DNA of 64,000 nt from positions 32,001 through 96,000 of IMG/VR virus record IMGVR_UViG_3300049846_002130; one strand, written 5' to 3'. The position numbers were made by a program, and so were the translations under genes. Shown one piece after another: positions 36,163 through 46,623 of the stretch. Source of the stretch: a virus. Position 1 is the stretch's first letter. Each line of letters opens with the position of its first letter. The notes beneath the pieces were generated by a model, which made no database searches, had not been told where the DNA came from, and saw only the letters and a list, made by a program, of their open reading frames with translations.

Positions 36163-39100
36163 TGGCAATAAGTATTTCTGGAGCAGCTAACACTCTTGTA
36201 ACCGATCAGCGGATGCCTCTATCTGTTTTTCTTTCAGGCACCTTTCCTTTAGCTGAAGAGCCTATGGAGGTAGAGGTCACGAGTGAGGACCTTAGCTATT
36301 CTGATACTTTTTCAGTTACAGTTGTTGGTGAAGCTTTAGCTTTTAACGCTACAACTATTCCAACTGTTCCTGGTGGTAGGTATAGTGCTAAGGTCTATGA
36401 GGTTGGAAATCCAAGTAACTTCGATACCTTTCAGTGGTATATTGTTACTGATAGTTTCTCAGATTCTGATCCAGCCGATATAACTTTTATTGGCTTCGAA
36501 CACAAGGAAGCTCAGCGAGATCCCAGTGACCCTCAAAATCCTCCAGGAGATTGGCTTTGGCCATATGACCAGCCAGGGACTTACTACGATAACTATGAGT
36601 TCCACGATGGAGACTACAAGTCTGTTCTTAGATTCAGCAGTGATTGGTCGCATAAGAGTCCGGGAGGGTTTGGCGGAGACTACTCATTAAAAGTTGGCGG
36701 AGGCGTATATGCACCTTACTATCCATCTTATAGTGGTAATACATATATGTCTTTCTTCCTTTGTCGAGGAGATACATCTTCTAGAGAAGTTAGATATATT
36801 TGGCGGCCAGATCCCTTTTTCGGTGCAGGGTTTATAGAAATAGACTTTATGTCTCATGGGTCTGATAGTCTTGGTGGCTACCTATATTTGTTTCAAGATG
36901 GAGCTGTTGAGCTTTATGATAGTGACTCAAATGTTTGGTATGGGTCGGTAGATCCTACCAATGGTGTTGAGAGTGAGTGGAAGTGGACCATTACTTTTGA
37001 TAACCCAGGTAGTATCAAGTTAGAAGTAGGCGGTGTAACTATTGTAGAAGGCACTGGAAACTTTGACAATAATACAGGTGAGGGTCTTGGAAGTATGCTT
37101 ATCGCCCTCCAGGGAGACTTAAGTGCCGACGCTCAGTATTATATAGACGATCTTTTATGTTTTCCGGCGGGTACTTTATCTTCGACACCTAAGTATGTGC
37201 TAGGTGTAAGTCCATCGTCTGATGCTTCAGTTGTTTCAACTCCAAGCTCAGGTTCTATTCGAAACGCAATGGTTAATGAAGATGGAGCTGCATTTGATGA
37301 TGGTGACTACGTTACTTTTACCACCGCTAACTCGACTGATCTTTATGGGATTGAATTTCCTTGGGATGGGATAGTTTGGGGGGTTGTCGCCTTAGGCAAG
37401 CAACAAAGTGATACTACTGACTATCAAGCTACTTTTAGACATACGCTAAGTGATGGTACTAACACTATTTATGGCATGCTCAAAGCTAATAGTATAGGTA
37501 CAGCTGATTATAGAACCTTAAGTAGTGCATTCGACCTGTCACCAAGTGGCGAAACTTGGACAGGGGAAGCTGTTAGTAACCTACTAGTTGGTATCAAAAC
37601 AATAGATATGGTGAGTAGTAATACTCGCTTATCTTGGTACGGTATTGAAGTTTTATGTGATGAGTTAACAGCAGCTATACCAGAAGAGCCAGAACCGGAA
37701 CCAACACCTGCCGAGTACACAGATATCTTAGTGTCACTAAATATATTTAATACAGATTTATCCTCTCTTACCTTAGACCACTCTGGTTTCCTTTGGGATC
37801 GTAGACGCTTAGAAGACTCTTTAGATATAAAGACTAAGTATGAAACTACTTTTGGAGCAGAGGAGTCTGGTATTCGAGATGGTATTCATTTTGACTGGTT
37901 CTCTTCTGGTGTAACAGCAGGATGCAAATACAAGCAGCTGACAAACAAGTATGTGGGAGATTATAAGACTTGGACGCCTGTTGTAGAAAGAGGAATCTAC
38001 AACACTTCTTATCACTTAAAACCTTTGTTTAGTGATTATAGCTATACCTCTAAGTTTGCTACAGATATTCTTGAAGAAGACTCTATGTATCATGTGTTAC
38101 ATAATGATGTAGTCTACTCAACAATAAGAGTTGCTATCTACAAGCGCGATAAAAACCTTATTAATCCATTTTGGGTCTTCAGTCAAGTTGAAGAATTTGA
38201 TGGAGATATTGTTGATGGTGAGCGGACAACCAGAGGTCTTAGTGGATGGGAAACTAATGGGAATCAACGTAAAAAACAATTTAAAGTTGTAGACAATAAA
38301 GTCTATCTAAATGGTAGTCATTATGTTGATCGTCAAATTAACTCCTCCGCCTTGCCAGACACCTATCCTCAGTTTGTAACTGAATATCTTGGACAGAGTA
38401 CGGGACAAGGGACAGTTTTGTTTACTCAATTTCTTCCTGTCCAGCCAGACAGTGTCAGGCTTTGGGTTAAGTTTGGAGACCAATATACAGAGCTAGAAGA
38501 GATTGAAATCTTAGACTACCAGACTGCTCAAGTGCAGGGTTATCAATTTGATCATGATCTCGGTCAGTTTATTTTGACTGGCTATCAAGCTCCACCAGCT
38601 TATTTAACTCAAGATCTCTTAATTACAGATACAACTGTTCATATGAAGACAGAAAATCTATACCTTGATAATTATCCTAAACGAGGTGTAATCCAAGTAG
38701 GTACCGAACGTATTCTTTATACGGATAGAACAAGAACAGAGCTTGTTGATTGTATTCGTGGATATGATAATACCTCTCCTGGTACATATAGTTCTGGATA
38801 CCCTATATCTCATGTAAAGCAAGGAGCTGATGTTGTTGGCCATCTTTATGTGGAATATAAAGCGGTTCCCAGAATAGACTACGAGATAACTAACCATGAT
38901 CTAAGAACAGCTAATAGAGTTGGCTGGTTAGATATTAGGCCCATAAAGAATGTAAATACTAATAGTCTTCTTCAGATATATCCTGGTCAACAGAATATTG
39001 ACCATATTGATCTGTCTACAACTGCACCTCTGTTGGGCGGAGATCTTTACGGTCCTATATATTTGGGAACCAATACTGCACAGTTAACTGCTACAGTCTA

Positions 39101-40124
39101 TGATAGTTTTGGTCTTCCCGTAGATGACCAATTTGTAACTATAAGACTTTTAGAGGGTGCAGGTTATTTAAATGGTATTGAGTCTGCGTATAAAGGACTT
39201 ACAAATAGTAATGGTCAGATTTTTGCAGATTATTCTATTCCCTATGAAAGTCGATTTGTTGAATCTTATCCAATTGAGATTAGTCATTCTGGGGCCGATA
39301 CCTTAATGACATTGCGTCAAATTGATGGTCAACTAACACCAGAAGATGTTTGGATTTTCCAAATTCTCAAACACGATAAGCTTATTGGTTCGGTTGGATT
39401 AGAGTTATCGGTAACAGATGAAGGCTCTGCTAGTTTACCTTATGGGCAGTATTTCTATACTGTTGACGGATATCTGGATGACAGCTATCTTGGTGGACTT
39501 GTCCGGACAGAGATTTCTAATGTAATCGAATGGAGAGAAATTGTTTGGCTTGAACAGATATTTGATACAACGAACAAAACAAAAGTTTATGTTGATGCTG
39601 GTGGAGCTGTTGGTCCTACAAGTATAAAGGTCTTCAAAAAAGATGAAATAATCTGGAACCCTGTTTTATTAAATGGTGTCCGCCGAATACTTTATACTTA
39701 TGACCCATCTGCAAAGCATCCACTTACGGGTTTGCTAGGGGCCTATTTTCCTGTTCATCCAGATGAAATAGATGGTAATGTTCTTATTTTCAACAACAAA
39801 TTATTACCTCTACCTGATTCAACTGATGATACTAACAATCTTGGGGGATATGTTGTAGTTACTGGACATGAAGCTTTGGCTCGAGCAGAGACAACAGACC
39901 CCCTAACAGGGTGGCTTAAGACATCAAACTCTCTACGATTTTCTGTTCGTATTCCTAGCTTTCTTGTTGGAGTTAGTAATGAGGATGGAATTTATGTTCC
40001 TCATGGGTTTAAACTTATAAGCGAAAGCTTTAACCAGGGAAGTGGACTAGGTCTTCCAAACTTTATAACTATAAATCCTGCTGCATCTGGTATTAACCAG
40101 CTAAACATTCAATTAAGTATATGA
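36162..40124 (+). CDS. Large baseplate/receptor-binding protein with Ig-like domain
   Basis: 1320 aa. Aromatic and Gly-rich N-terminal beta module, PEEPEPEPTP linker, and a Big_1-like segment (AQLTATVYDSFGLPVDDQFVTIRL). Confidence 0.55.
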   Translation: MAISISGAANTLVTDQRMPLSVFLSGTFPLAEEPMEVEVTSEDLSYSDTFSVTVVGEALAFNATTIPTVPGGRYSAKVYEVGNPSNFDTFQWYIVTDSFSDSDPADITFIGFEHKEAQRDPSDPQNPPGDWLWPYDQPGTYYDNYEFHDGDYKSVLRFSSDWSHKSPGGFGGDYSLKVGGGVYAPYYPSYSGNTYMSFFLCRGDTSSREVRYIWRPDPFFGAGFIEIDFMSHGSDSLGGYLYLFQDGAVELYDSDSNVWYGSVDPTNGVESEWKWTITFDNPGSIKLEVGGVTIVEGTGNFDNNTGEGLGSMLIALQGDLSADAQYYIDDLLCFPAGTLSSTPKYVLGVSPSSDASVVSTPSSGSIRNAMVNEDGAAFDDGDYVTFTTANSTDLYGIEFPWDGIVWGVVALGKQQSDTTDYQATFRHTLSDGTNTIYGMLKANSIGTADYRTLSSAFDLSPSGETWTGEAVSNLLVGIKTIDMVSSNTRLSWYGIEVLCDELTAAIPEEPEPEPTPAEYTDILVSLNIFNTDLSSLTLDHSGFLWDRRRLEDSLDIKTKYETTFGAEESGIRDGIHFDWFSSGVTAGCKYKQLTNKYVGDYKTWTPVVERGIYNTSYHLKPLFSDYSYTSKFATDILEEDSMYHVLHNDVVYSTIRVAIYKRDKNLINPFWVFSQVEEFDGDIVDGERTTRGLSGWETNGNQRKKQFKVVDNKVYLNGSHYVDRQINSSALPDTYPQFVTEYLGQSTGQGTVLFTQFLPVQPDSVRLWVKFGDQYTELEEIEILDYQTAQVQGYQFDHDLGQFILTGYQAPPAYLTQDLLITDTTVHMKTENLYLDNYPKRGVIQVGTERILYTDRTRTELVDCIRGYDNTSPGTYSSGYPISHVKQGADVVGHLYVEYKAVPRIDYEITNHDLRTANRVGWLDIRPIKNVNTNSLLQIYPGQQNIDHIDLSTTAPLLGGDLYGPIYLGTNTAQLTATVYDSFGLPVDDQFVTIRLLEGAGYLNGIESAYKGLTNSNGQIFADYSIPYESRFVESYPIEISHSGADTLMTLRQIDGQLTPEDVWIFQILKHDKLIGSVGLELSVTDEGSASLPYGQYFYTVDGYLDDSYLGGLVRTEISNVIEWREIVWLEQIFDTTNKTKVYVDAGGAVGPTSIKVFKKDEIIWNPVLLNGVRRILYTYDPSAKHPLTGLLGAYFPVHPDEIDGNVLIFNNKLLPLPDSTDDTNNLGGYVVVTGHEALARAETTDPLTGWLKTSNSLRFSVRIPSFLVGVSNEDGIYVPHGFKLISESFNQGSGLGLPNFITINPAASGINQLNIQLSI

Positions 40125-40131
40125 GGAATTA

Positions 40132-41895
40132 ATGTCTGATAAGTTATCTCCTACTATGTCTGTAGAAGTTTCGTTTATAGATTCAGAGGCTCCTACTGGG
40201 CGGAAGTTAAGTGCAATTAGCTCTCAGTTAAAGAGAGTATCTACATTGCTTGAGCAATCAGTTGGTGATATCCATTCTCAGAGCTGGCCATATAGTTCTA
40301 GTAATACTAGTACACTATCTGTTAAGTGGGGGCTAAGGGGTACAACTGGAGCACCTTTAAGTTCATCGGATTATCGGTTTCTCGACATAGCTAATATTGC
40401 TCGTCTTATAGGTCCAAGCTCAAATCTAAACCCACGCTTTTTAGGCGGCGAACAAACAATAACCGAGGATATTCCTGCTGACGTACATGAGTTTTTGCTT
40501 TCTCATCCTGTTACCGTAAGGAATTCTAGCAATCCTATAATCACGGACCCTGGACTTACCAATTGGGTTAGTGGTCCATCTAATATTACTTCTGCGGGTG
40601 ACTACTGGGTTAGTGCCAATGGTAGGGTATTCAGTCATACGGCTACAACTGGTGGAACCATTACCTATACATTGAATCCCAATAAATGGAACGGTGGTAA
40701 GAATTATGCTCAGGCGAAGTTTAATGTAATTCCAGATCCCAATCAGCTAACTGCTGGTGGAGATGGTTGTGCTATAGGAGCCCTAACGCCCCAAAGCCGC
40801 TATCCGGTTACCCTTCCAATATGTACTCATCAACAGTCTAATCTTGCTATTACTTCAGTTGTTTTAAATACGGCTGATATAAACTATAGCCAACAGCTAG
40901 AGTTGCCGGTAGTGTTGGTCAACAACTTTACTTCTGGGGACTCGATACCTAGTGGGTTCTTATACCTTAAGAATTGGACAACTAATGAAATGTATGAAGA
41001 TGCTACCTACTTCTACGACACAGAATCTTCTATAGAAGTTGGCAATGTCGATCTTTCAGACGCTATAGCATCTGGGGATAAATTCTGTATTGTTACTGTT
41101 GGTACTGATATAACAACATCTATAGATGATCTTCGTAATAAAATGTTTCATAATCACGATAGAACTCATGGAGAGCCTTTCGTCGTTGCAGAAGGTATTG
41201 CTGGTCAAGTAGCTCAAGAGGGGGAGTCTGGGCCATTTACTTATTCGAATAGGCCTGGAAATTACTTCCCACAGTATCTACATAGAGATGGTTATACTGA
41301 TACCTATGACAACAATATCAATGCCCGAAATGCTATGCGGGGCGATATTATGTTTGGTTTGTCGCCAGCTACTCTTGGAGCTTATCTTGGTAGTACTGGT
41401 GAAACATATGGGCTAAGATTTGGTGGTATCTCCAATGAGGCCCGGATCTATAGAAACTCTGATGATGATTTACAGTTTACTACTGGCTCTTCAGCTCGGG
41501 CTCATAAGTTTACCGGTGGTCGAGTAGTCTCTACTGTTGGTTTTGCTGGGGACGAAGTTGGATTAATTGGTCCTGTACCATATGCTAGTTATGCTACTTT
41601 CACTCCTAGTGGAACCTGGGCAACTGCTGCTGTGGACAGTCCTCATCAGTTTGTTTTAACAGCTGGGTTAGAGTCAAAGAGTTGGTACCATGTAACTATT
41701 GCCTTTAATCCTACTGGAGATAAGTGGATTCCTCCACATCAAGATATTATTGTTGGAGAGTGGGCATATAATATCTACTGGGAAGAGACGGCAGGGGTTA
41801 GCAGTCTATTCGTTAATTTTACAGCAGCTGAGTGGGCAGGGTTAGCTGGAGCTGTTCCCGTACCTTATAGAATTTTTGTCCAGTATGAAGCTTAA
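40132..41895 (+). CDS. Tail fibre/baseplate-associated structural protein
   Basis: 587 aa. Helical N-terminal anchor, HNHD and QYLHRDG fibre-like motifs, beta-rich C-terminus. Confidence 0.5.
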   Translation: MSDKLSPTMSVEVSFIDSEAPTGRKLSAISSQLKRVSTLLEQSVGDIHSQSWPYSSSNTSTLSVKWGLRGTTGAPLSSSDYRFLDIANIARLIGPSSNLNPRFLGGEQTITEDIPADVHEFLLSHPVTVRNSSNPIITDPGLTNWVSGPSNITSAGDYWVSANGRVFSHTATTGGTITYTLNPNKWNGGKNYAQAKFNVIPDPNQLTAGGDGCAIGALTPQSRYPVTLPICTHQQSNLAITSVVLNTADINYSQQLELPVVLVNNFTSGDSIPSGFLYLKNWTTNEMYEDATYFYDTESSIEVGNVDLSDAIASGDKFCIVTVGTDITTSIDDLRNKMFHNHDRTHGEPFVVAEGIAGQVAQEGESGPFTYSNRPGNYFPQYLHRDGYTDTYDNNINARNAMRGDIMFGLSPATLGAYLGSTGETYGLRFGGISNEARIYRNSDDDLQFTTGSSARAHKFTGGRVVSTVGFAGDEVGLIGPVPYASYATFTPSGTWATAAVDSPHQFVLTAGLESKSWYHVTIAFNPTGDKWIPPHQDIIVGEWAYNIYWEETAGVSSLFVNFTAAEWAGLAGAVPVPYRIFVQYEA

Positions 41896-41906
41896 GGGGC
41901 ATTAAT

Positions 41907-44108
41907 ATGCCAAGTATTCATCTTGAACTTATAGTTGAGACAGATAGCAATTATGGTAATTCAGAACATATTGACTTACCAGTAGCCATCCATGTCCATA
42001 AAAGATTAGAGCAGTTTATCTATACTTCAGCACATAAAGATCCAACTACTGTAATTGCCTATATAGAAAACCCTCCTGTGGATAGTAAGAACTTAAGAAT
42101 AGTTAACAAGACTTCTACTGTTCCTGAAAACAATCATCGATTGGTAAAGGCACAGAATACTAGGTTTGTTAGTGCTAAATCTGTGACTGTAGAATACAGT
42201 CACATACTGGCTACTAATATTTCTACTATGGATAGTAATGGAAAAGAGGCCCCTCTATTTTGGAAGCATTTGCTTCCGGTTGGGGTAACTGGTGTTACCT
42301 TACGAAAGGTGGAAGACGGAATAGATAGTGTTGTAGATACTGGTTTTCTTGTAGATCTTTCAGCAAGATCCCTATATACCAACTATACAAATGAGTTTGA
42401 TGAAAGTACTGGTAAAGTTACTGTTTATTATGTCTATCCAGAATACGATTCGTTTACTACACCGGAAACTGAGAGTGATAGATTTTTATCTTCAACATCA
42501 GAAGATGAGGACCTTGGTGGTTCTGGAGATGTAACTGATTTTCAACCCTCTACAATTACTAGTTCATCCGAAGAAAGGACCAAGCAGCTTTTATCTCTTA
42601 GACCTGTTGTCACAGAAGCAACCTGGGAAGATATAGATGTTTCGACAGGAAACCTATATCCAGACAGACAGGTCTATGTAAAAACCACTACGCCAAGTGG
42701 AACATCATTTGCTTTTAATAAAGGTGATAAGTGGTGGGTCAGGCCATATGAAGAGGGTATGATTCAGCCAATCGCTCCGATTAATACCACTCCAGATTAT
42801 GGATGGTATCTGCATTTTACTAATGGAGATTTTAGAGCTTTAGTAAATTCTAAAGTACGCAGGTTTTATGTACCTGAATTCAACTACCAAAACTTTGTGC
42901 CCTATAAACCGATAAGATATACTACTTATGATTTAGCAAAGATTGCTACAAAGAACCTTCTATTTACTAATAGAAAATCTTTGATGATTGATCCTAGTTT
43001 AGGCCTCAATCTTACGCTTTTTATATATGATGAATCTGACATACTACTTCGTGTATTAACTACTGATAGTAATCTTTCAGGTACTCGCTATAGAGACTCT
43101 GTCTTCTATGAGGGAGGCTTAATAGATGGGTACGATAATACTACTGGCTGTATTGCTGTTGGTCTCGATATTTTTAGCAACCACAAGGTAGTTGCTAGTT
43201 ATTACTATAAAGCCAATGCTTTTGAATATAAGCTTGTTAATGTCAACCCTCTAATCAACTCTTTGATTAGAGATAAGTTGATAGTATTTTATTGTGTGCC
43301 CGATGTTGACGAGGCAGACAGAGCAATTCATTATTTATTGGTTGATACTGCAGGTAAGATCAATTATTGTTCTCAGGGCCTAGGGGTTGGTCATTCTAAC
43401 CTACAGTTAAAGAATCTGGATGGTACTTTTAATATAGATTCAGTAATTGGGATGAAGTATTTTTCTGAGATAGATGCAGATAATTTTATTAATCTATTTA
43501 CTGCCGGATACAATAACACATATGGCTATATGCTTATATGTGAGCTTACTATTAGTGATTATATCCTTGAAGAGAATCAAGAAGTAATTGAGATTCTCGA
43601 ACCAGGAGCGCAGATAAAGGCTGCACTTACGGATACAGCCATCTTGGCAAATCCCAAGATACAAAACTCAGCCTTGTGCAACGCCCCATTTGGATTACAA
43701 ATACCAGAAGAGAATGTAATAGTTGTAGAGCCGCCATACTCTCTCCTAGAAGAGTATGGCGGTGTGCTCAGCAGAGCCCAAGCTGAAAGCTTATTAAGGA
43801 CCCTTATGCCAGTCACAGGATATATGGCAATGAATTGGACCTACCCAAAATCTACTGTAACTGGATACTATAACGATGAAGGAGTTGTTATAGATATTAG
43901 CTTTGAGGGTCTGTACGATTATAAGATTTTTAGAAGCTCACAATCTGAGGAGAAAACCCTTTTAACTACATTCTCTCCAATAAATAGAACTGAGTTAACG
44001 TATACGGACACATCGGTACAGCCAACAACCACCTATACCTACTATATATCTTTAACTGAAAATGATATAACCTATCCTGAAACTGTAGTTAAAGTAAGGG
44101 TGCCATAA
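41907..44108 (+). CDS. Virion structural protein with C-terminal FN3-like domain
   Basis: 733 aa. C-terminal YKIFRS...YTDTSVQPTTTYTYYISL matches the FN3 pattern. Confidence 0.55.
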   Translation: MPSIHLELIVETDSNYGNSEHIDLPVAIHVHKRLEQFIYTSAHKDPTTVIAYIENPPVDSKNLRIVNKTSTVPENNHRLVKAQNTRFVSAKSVTVEYSHILATNISTMDSNGKEAPLFWKHLLPVGVTGVTLRKVEDGIDSVVDTGFLVDLSARSLYTNYTNEFDESTGKVTVYYVYPEYDSFTTPETESDRFLSSTSEDEDLGGSGDVTDFQPSTITSSSEERTKQLLSLRPVVTEATWEDIDVSTGNLYPDRQVYVKTTTPSGTSFAFNKGDKWWVRPYEEGMIQPIAPINTTPDYGWYLHFTNGDFRALVNSKVRRFYVPEFNYQNFVPYKPIRYTTYDLAKIATKNLLFTNRKSLMIDPSLGLNLTLFIYDESDILLRVLTTDSNLSGTRYRDSVFYEGGLIDGYDNTTGCIAVGLDIFSNHKVVASYYYKANAFEYKLVNVNPLINSLIRDKLIVFYCVPDVDEADRAIHYLLVDTAGKINYCSQGLGVGHSNLQLKNLDGTFNIDSVIGMKYFSEIDADNFINLFTAGYNNTYGYMLICELTISDYILEENQEVIEILEPGAQIKAALTDTAILANPKIQNSALCNAPFGLQIPEENVIVVEPPYSLLEEYGGVLSRAQAESLLRTLMPVTGYMAMNWTYPKSTVTGYYNDEGVVIDISFEGLYDYKIFRSSQSEEKTLLTTFSPINRTELTYTDTSVQPTTTYTYYISLTENDITYPETVVKVRVP

Positions 44109-44557
44109 TGGGAAGAGAAAATCTTGTTTTTAAAGTTTCTCAAGAAGTCGTTTATGATCCTCTTGGAGTAACAGCTGGAATCAGCAAGACCATTACGATT
44201 ACTAATATGGGCACTGAAAGCCTTGTGGATCTTGGCCTTTATATTAAACCAGCTACTGGACTTGGTGAATTAGATTATCCTTCTGACTATCCCCCAGACA
44301 CAGACTATCAAGATTTATTAACTTGGGGCGAGAATAGTAACCAAGGCGTTGCCATCAGTGGTGGAATCTATATAACCGTAACTCAAAACTCTGGGATATT
44401 TCAGGGTTATGTAACTAGAATTGCAGGAAGTACCTTAGCAAATAAAATTGCTATTAAGGATCTTGCTGCAGCGGAAGAACTTGAAATTGTTATAGATTTA
44501 GAGACACCACCTTCGGGCTCTCCTCGTCGGCTGTATATCGATCTGGTTGTTGACTAA
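44108..44557 (+). CDS. Small Ig-like virion protein
   Basis: 149 aa. KTITITNMGTESL..LGLYIKP beta-sandwich pattern. Coupled on both sides. Confidence 0.45.
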   Translation: MGRENLVFKVSQEVVYDPLGVTAGISKTITITNMGTESLVDLGLYIKPATGLGELDYPSDYPPDTDYQDLLTWGENSNQGVAISGGIYITVTQNSGIFQGYVTRIAGSTLANKIAIKDLAAAEELEIVIDLETPPSGSPRRLYIDLVVD

Positions 44558-46623
44558 TGCTTAAGCTAAAGACAAGAATATCAAGCATAAACAATTTATA
44601 TTCTGCAGCACAGTATCGAGTCCAAGATTATTTCTTTCTTGATTTAAGTACTAAAGAAATTGACTCTGGTGTTGCCAGCTATTTAAAGCGAGATCGATTT
44701 TTCTTCGAGCAACCTTTAAGGCCAGCAGTTCCAATGAGTTCTGCTACGTGGCGCGAGTATCTTCGCGACCTTAGATTCTTAATTGTATTTTCTAATTTAG
44801 AAATTAATTCTTTAGAAAAAGATATTTTTGCTTTAGCAAAACGCAACTATAAAAAGATTAAAACTGTTCAAAGAGAGCTAAATATTCTTGAATCAGAGGT
44901 GATTGAAGAAGAACTTAAGTTTTATAGAGATTTCGACTTTGTTCATCATAATAACTTTTCAAAGAAAAAGGATAGGAATACAGTAGAAGTTAAAGATTGG
45001 AACTATGACTTCAAGACAGGACTGTCTTTAGCCAATGATAATCTTAGTGAAGTCTATCCGTTTGCTGGCGCAATACTACCTGTAATAGAAGCGCTATCAA
45101 TTCCAGTATCTAATTGTATTGTGGTCGGCGAAGAAACTGATGTTGGGGACACTCAGCAACCTTTAATAAAGACTAATCCCAATTTCTGTGTAATGGATAA
45201 TGAGATATTCAGATACGTTATTATTCGTCGAGAGTTTGATGAGACAAAAAGAAAGTATTCTTATACAGAAAGCTTTCTAACCTTACTTTTAGATTTTGGT
45301 AATATTCAAACAGTAAACTTTTTTGAGGTCGTTCCGGCAGGAGCCAATAGCCTTCAAATTGCTTCAGTTACTTACCTTAATGAAAGTAACGAAGAGGTTC
45401 CTATTGGAACCGAAGTACTTGATGTCCCTAGTGGGCTTAAGATCTTTATGGAGCCGATTAGAGTTAGATATCTTAAACTTAAATTTAAACAATCTGCTCC
45501 GGTTAACAAACAGTCACTTCTTAATAATAATGGCAATGGTGACCTTAATGTTATTCTTCGAGGCTTAGATTGGTCATCTAAGTTTAGAGAAGACAGCTTT
45601 TCTCAAATAGAGGGCAGGGTCTATGACTTTAGTATAAAGGATATTAAAGTCTGGCTAAATAAGTATAATTCTCTTGGCTATTATTGTAGTGATGTTAAAG
45701 AAATTAAACATATGGCTACAGCAAAAGTAGATTCTAGTTTAGAAGAGATTCCTGTTGTTACGGGTGTCAGTTTTTCTGACTTGCTATATAGCTATACAAC
45801 AGGTAGTACTTCGGCAGAATTTTACTTAGGTATTAAATCGAAGCAGCTTAAGAAGAATAAAAACTTCTTTGAAGACCTGATTCCGCTGCAAGATAGTTTT
45901 CCTATTCAAACAGAGACGCTCGTTATTAATGGTGGCTATGCTAAGTTAAAACTATATCCAAATCTTACTTTTGAGGTGCCTAAACTATTGGTGAATTCTA
46001 TTGAGCACCTTTCTGGTGTTCGATATCTGATTACTACTAGTTTGCCCCATGAACTTGTTGAGGACGAAGAATTCTTTATGATAGGTCCGATGGGGAAGGA
46101 TGTAACAGATACTTTCACAGTTTTCTCAGTGGTTAACGATTATACTATTGAGATTAGACCTACCGTAGCTTCGAATTTAGTCATTGATGAAGAGACAAAA
46201 CCAAATACCTATCTTTTCAAATCTAATGTAGTCCCTACGTTTACATTAACCAAAAGTGGAGCGGATCAGGTTATTGGTACTAATTACCAGGTCAGTTTTG
46301 GTGACGGTATCTATTATGACACCTGGGATTATAGTAAGTACACAGAATGGCTTGTTCGTGGACCAAGGGCTGGGGATTTTAGCTTAAGGATTAAAGATCC
46401 GAGTTATATAGAAACTTATTCTATAGATTATCGACCTCTTAAGAATCAGTGGCTTGGTCAGACAAACCTTGTTAGACTAAAGCATGGAGCAGCTGTATTT
46501 GATCCAAAGTTTAAGGATAGTTTATCAGAAGTACAAACTATTGCTTTATTAAGATCTTCTACTCCAAACTACTATACGACCTCAGTTCTTACTTCCTATA
46601 CTCTTGGTATCAAGAGGTTCTAA
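44557..46623 (+). CDS. Baseplate/virion structural protein (paralog 1 of 3)
   Basis: 688 aa, coiled coil followed by jelly-roll-like beta region. Similar layout to the next two genes. Confidence 0.5.
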   Translation: MLKLKTRISSINNLYSAAQYRVQDYFFLDLSTKEIDSGVASYLKRDRFFFEQPLRPAVPMSSATWREYLRDLRFLIVFSNLEINSLEKDIFALAKRNYKKIKTVQRELNILESEVIEEELKFYRDFDFVHHNNFSKKKDRNTVEVKDWNYDFKTGLSLANDNLSEVYPFAGAILPVIEALSIPVSNCIVVGEETDVGDTQQPLIKTNPNFCVMDNEIFRYVIIRREFDETKRKYSYTESFLTLLLDFGNIQTVNFFEVVPAGANSLQIASVTYLNESNEEVPIGTEVLDVPSGLKIFMEPIRVRYLKLKFKQSAPVNKQSLLNNNGNGDLNVILRGLDWSSKFREDSFSQIEGRVYDFSIKDIKVWLNKYNSLGYYCSDVKEIKHMATAKVDSSLEEIPVVTGVSFSDLLYSYTTGSTSAEFYLGIKSKQLKKNKNFFEDLIPLQDSFPIQTETLVINGGYAKLKLYPNLTFEVPKLLVNSIEHLSGVRYLITTSLPHELVEDEEFFMIGPMGKDVTDTFTVFSVVNDYTIEIRPTVASNLVIDEETKPNTYLFKSNVVPTFTLTKSGADQVIGTNYQVSFGDGIYYDTWDYSKYTEWLVRGPRAGDFSLRIKDPSYIETYSIDYRPLKNQWLGQTNLVRLKHGAAVFDPKFKDSLSEVQTIALLRSSTPNYYTTSVLTSYTLGIKRF

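Noticed and set aside
42440-42590. Acidic Ser/Thr-rich insertion in the 733-aa protein as a separate element
   Set aside because: It is in frame, non-repetitive and consistent with a disordered loop.
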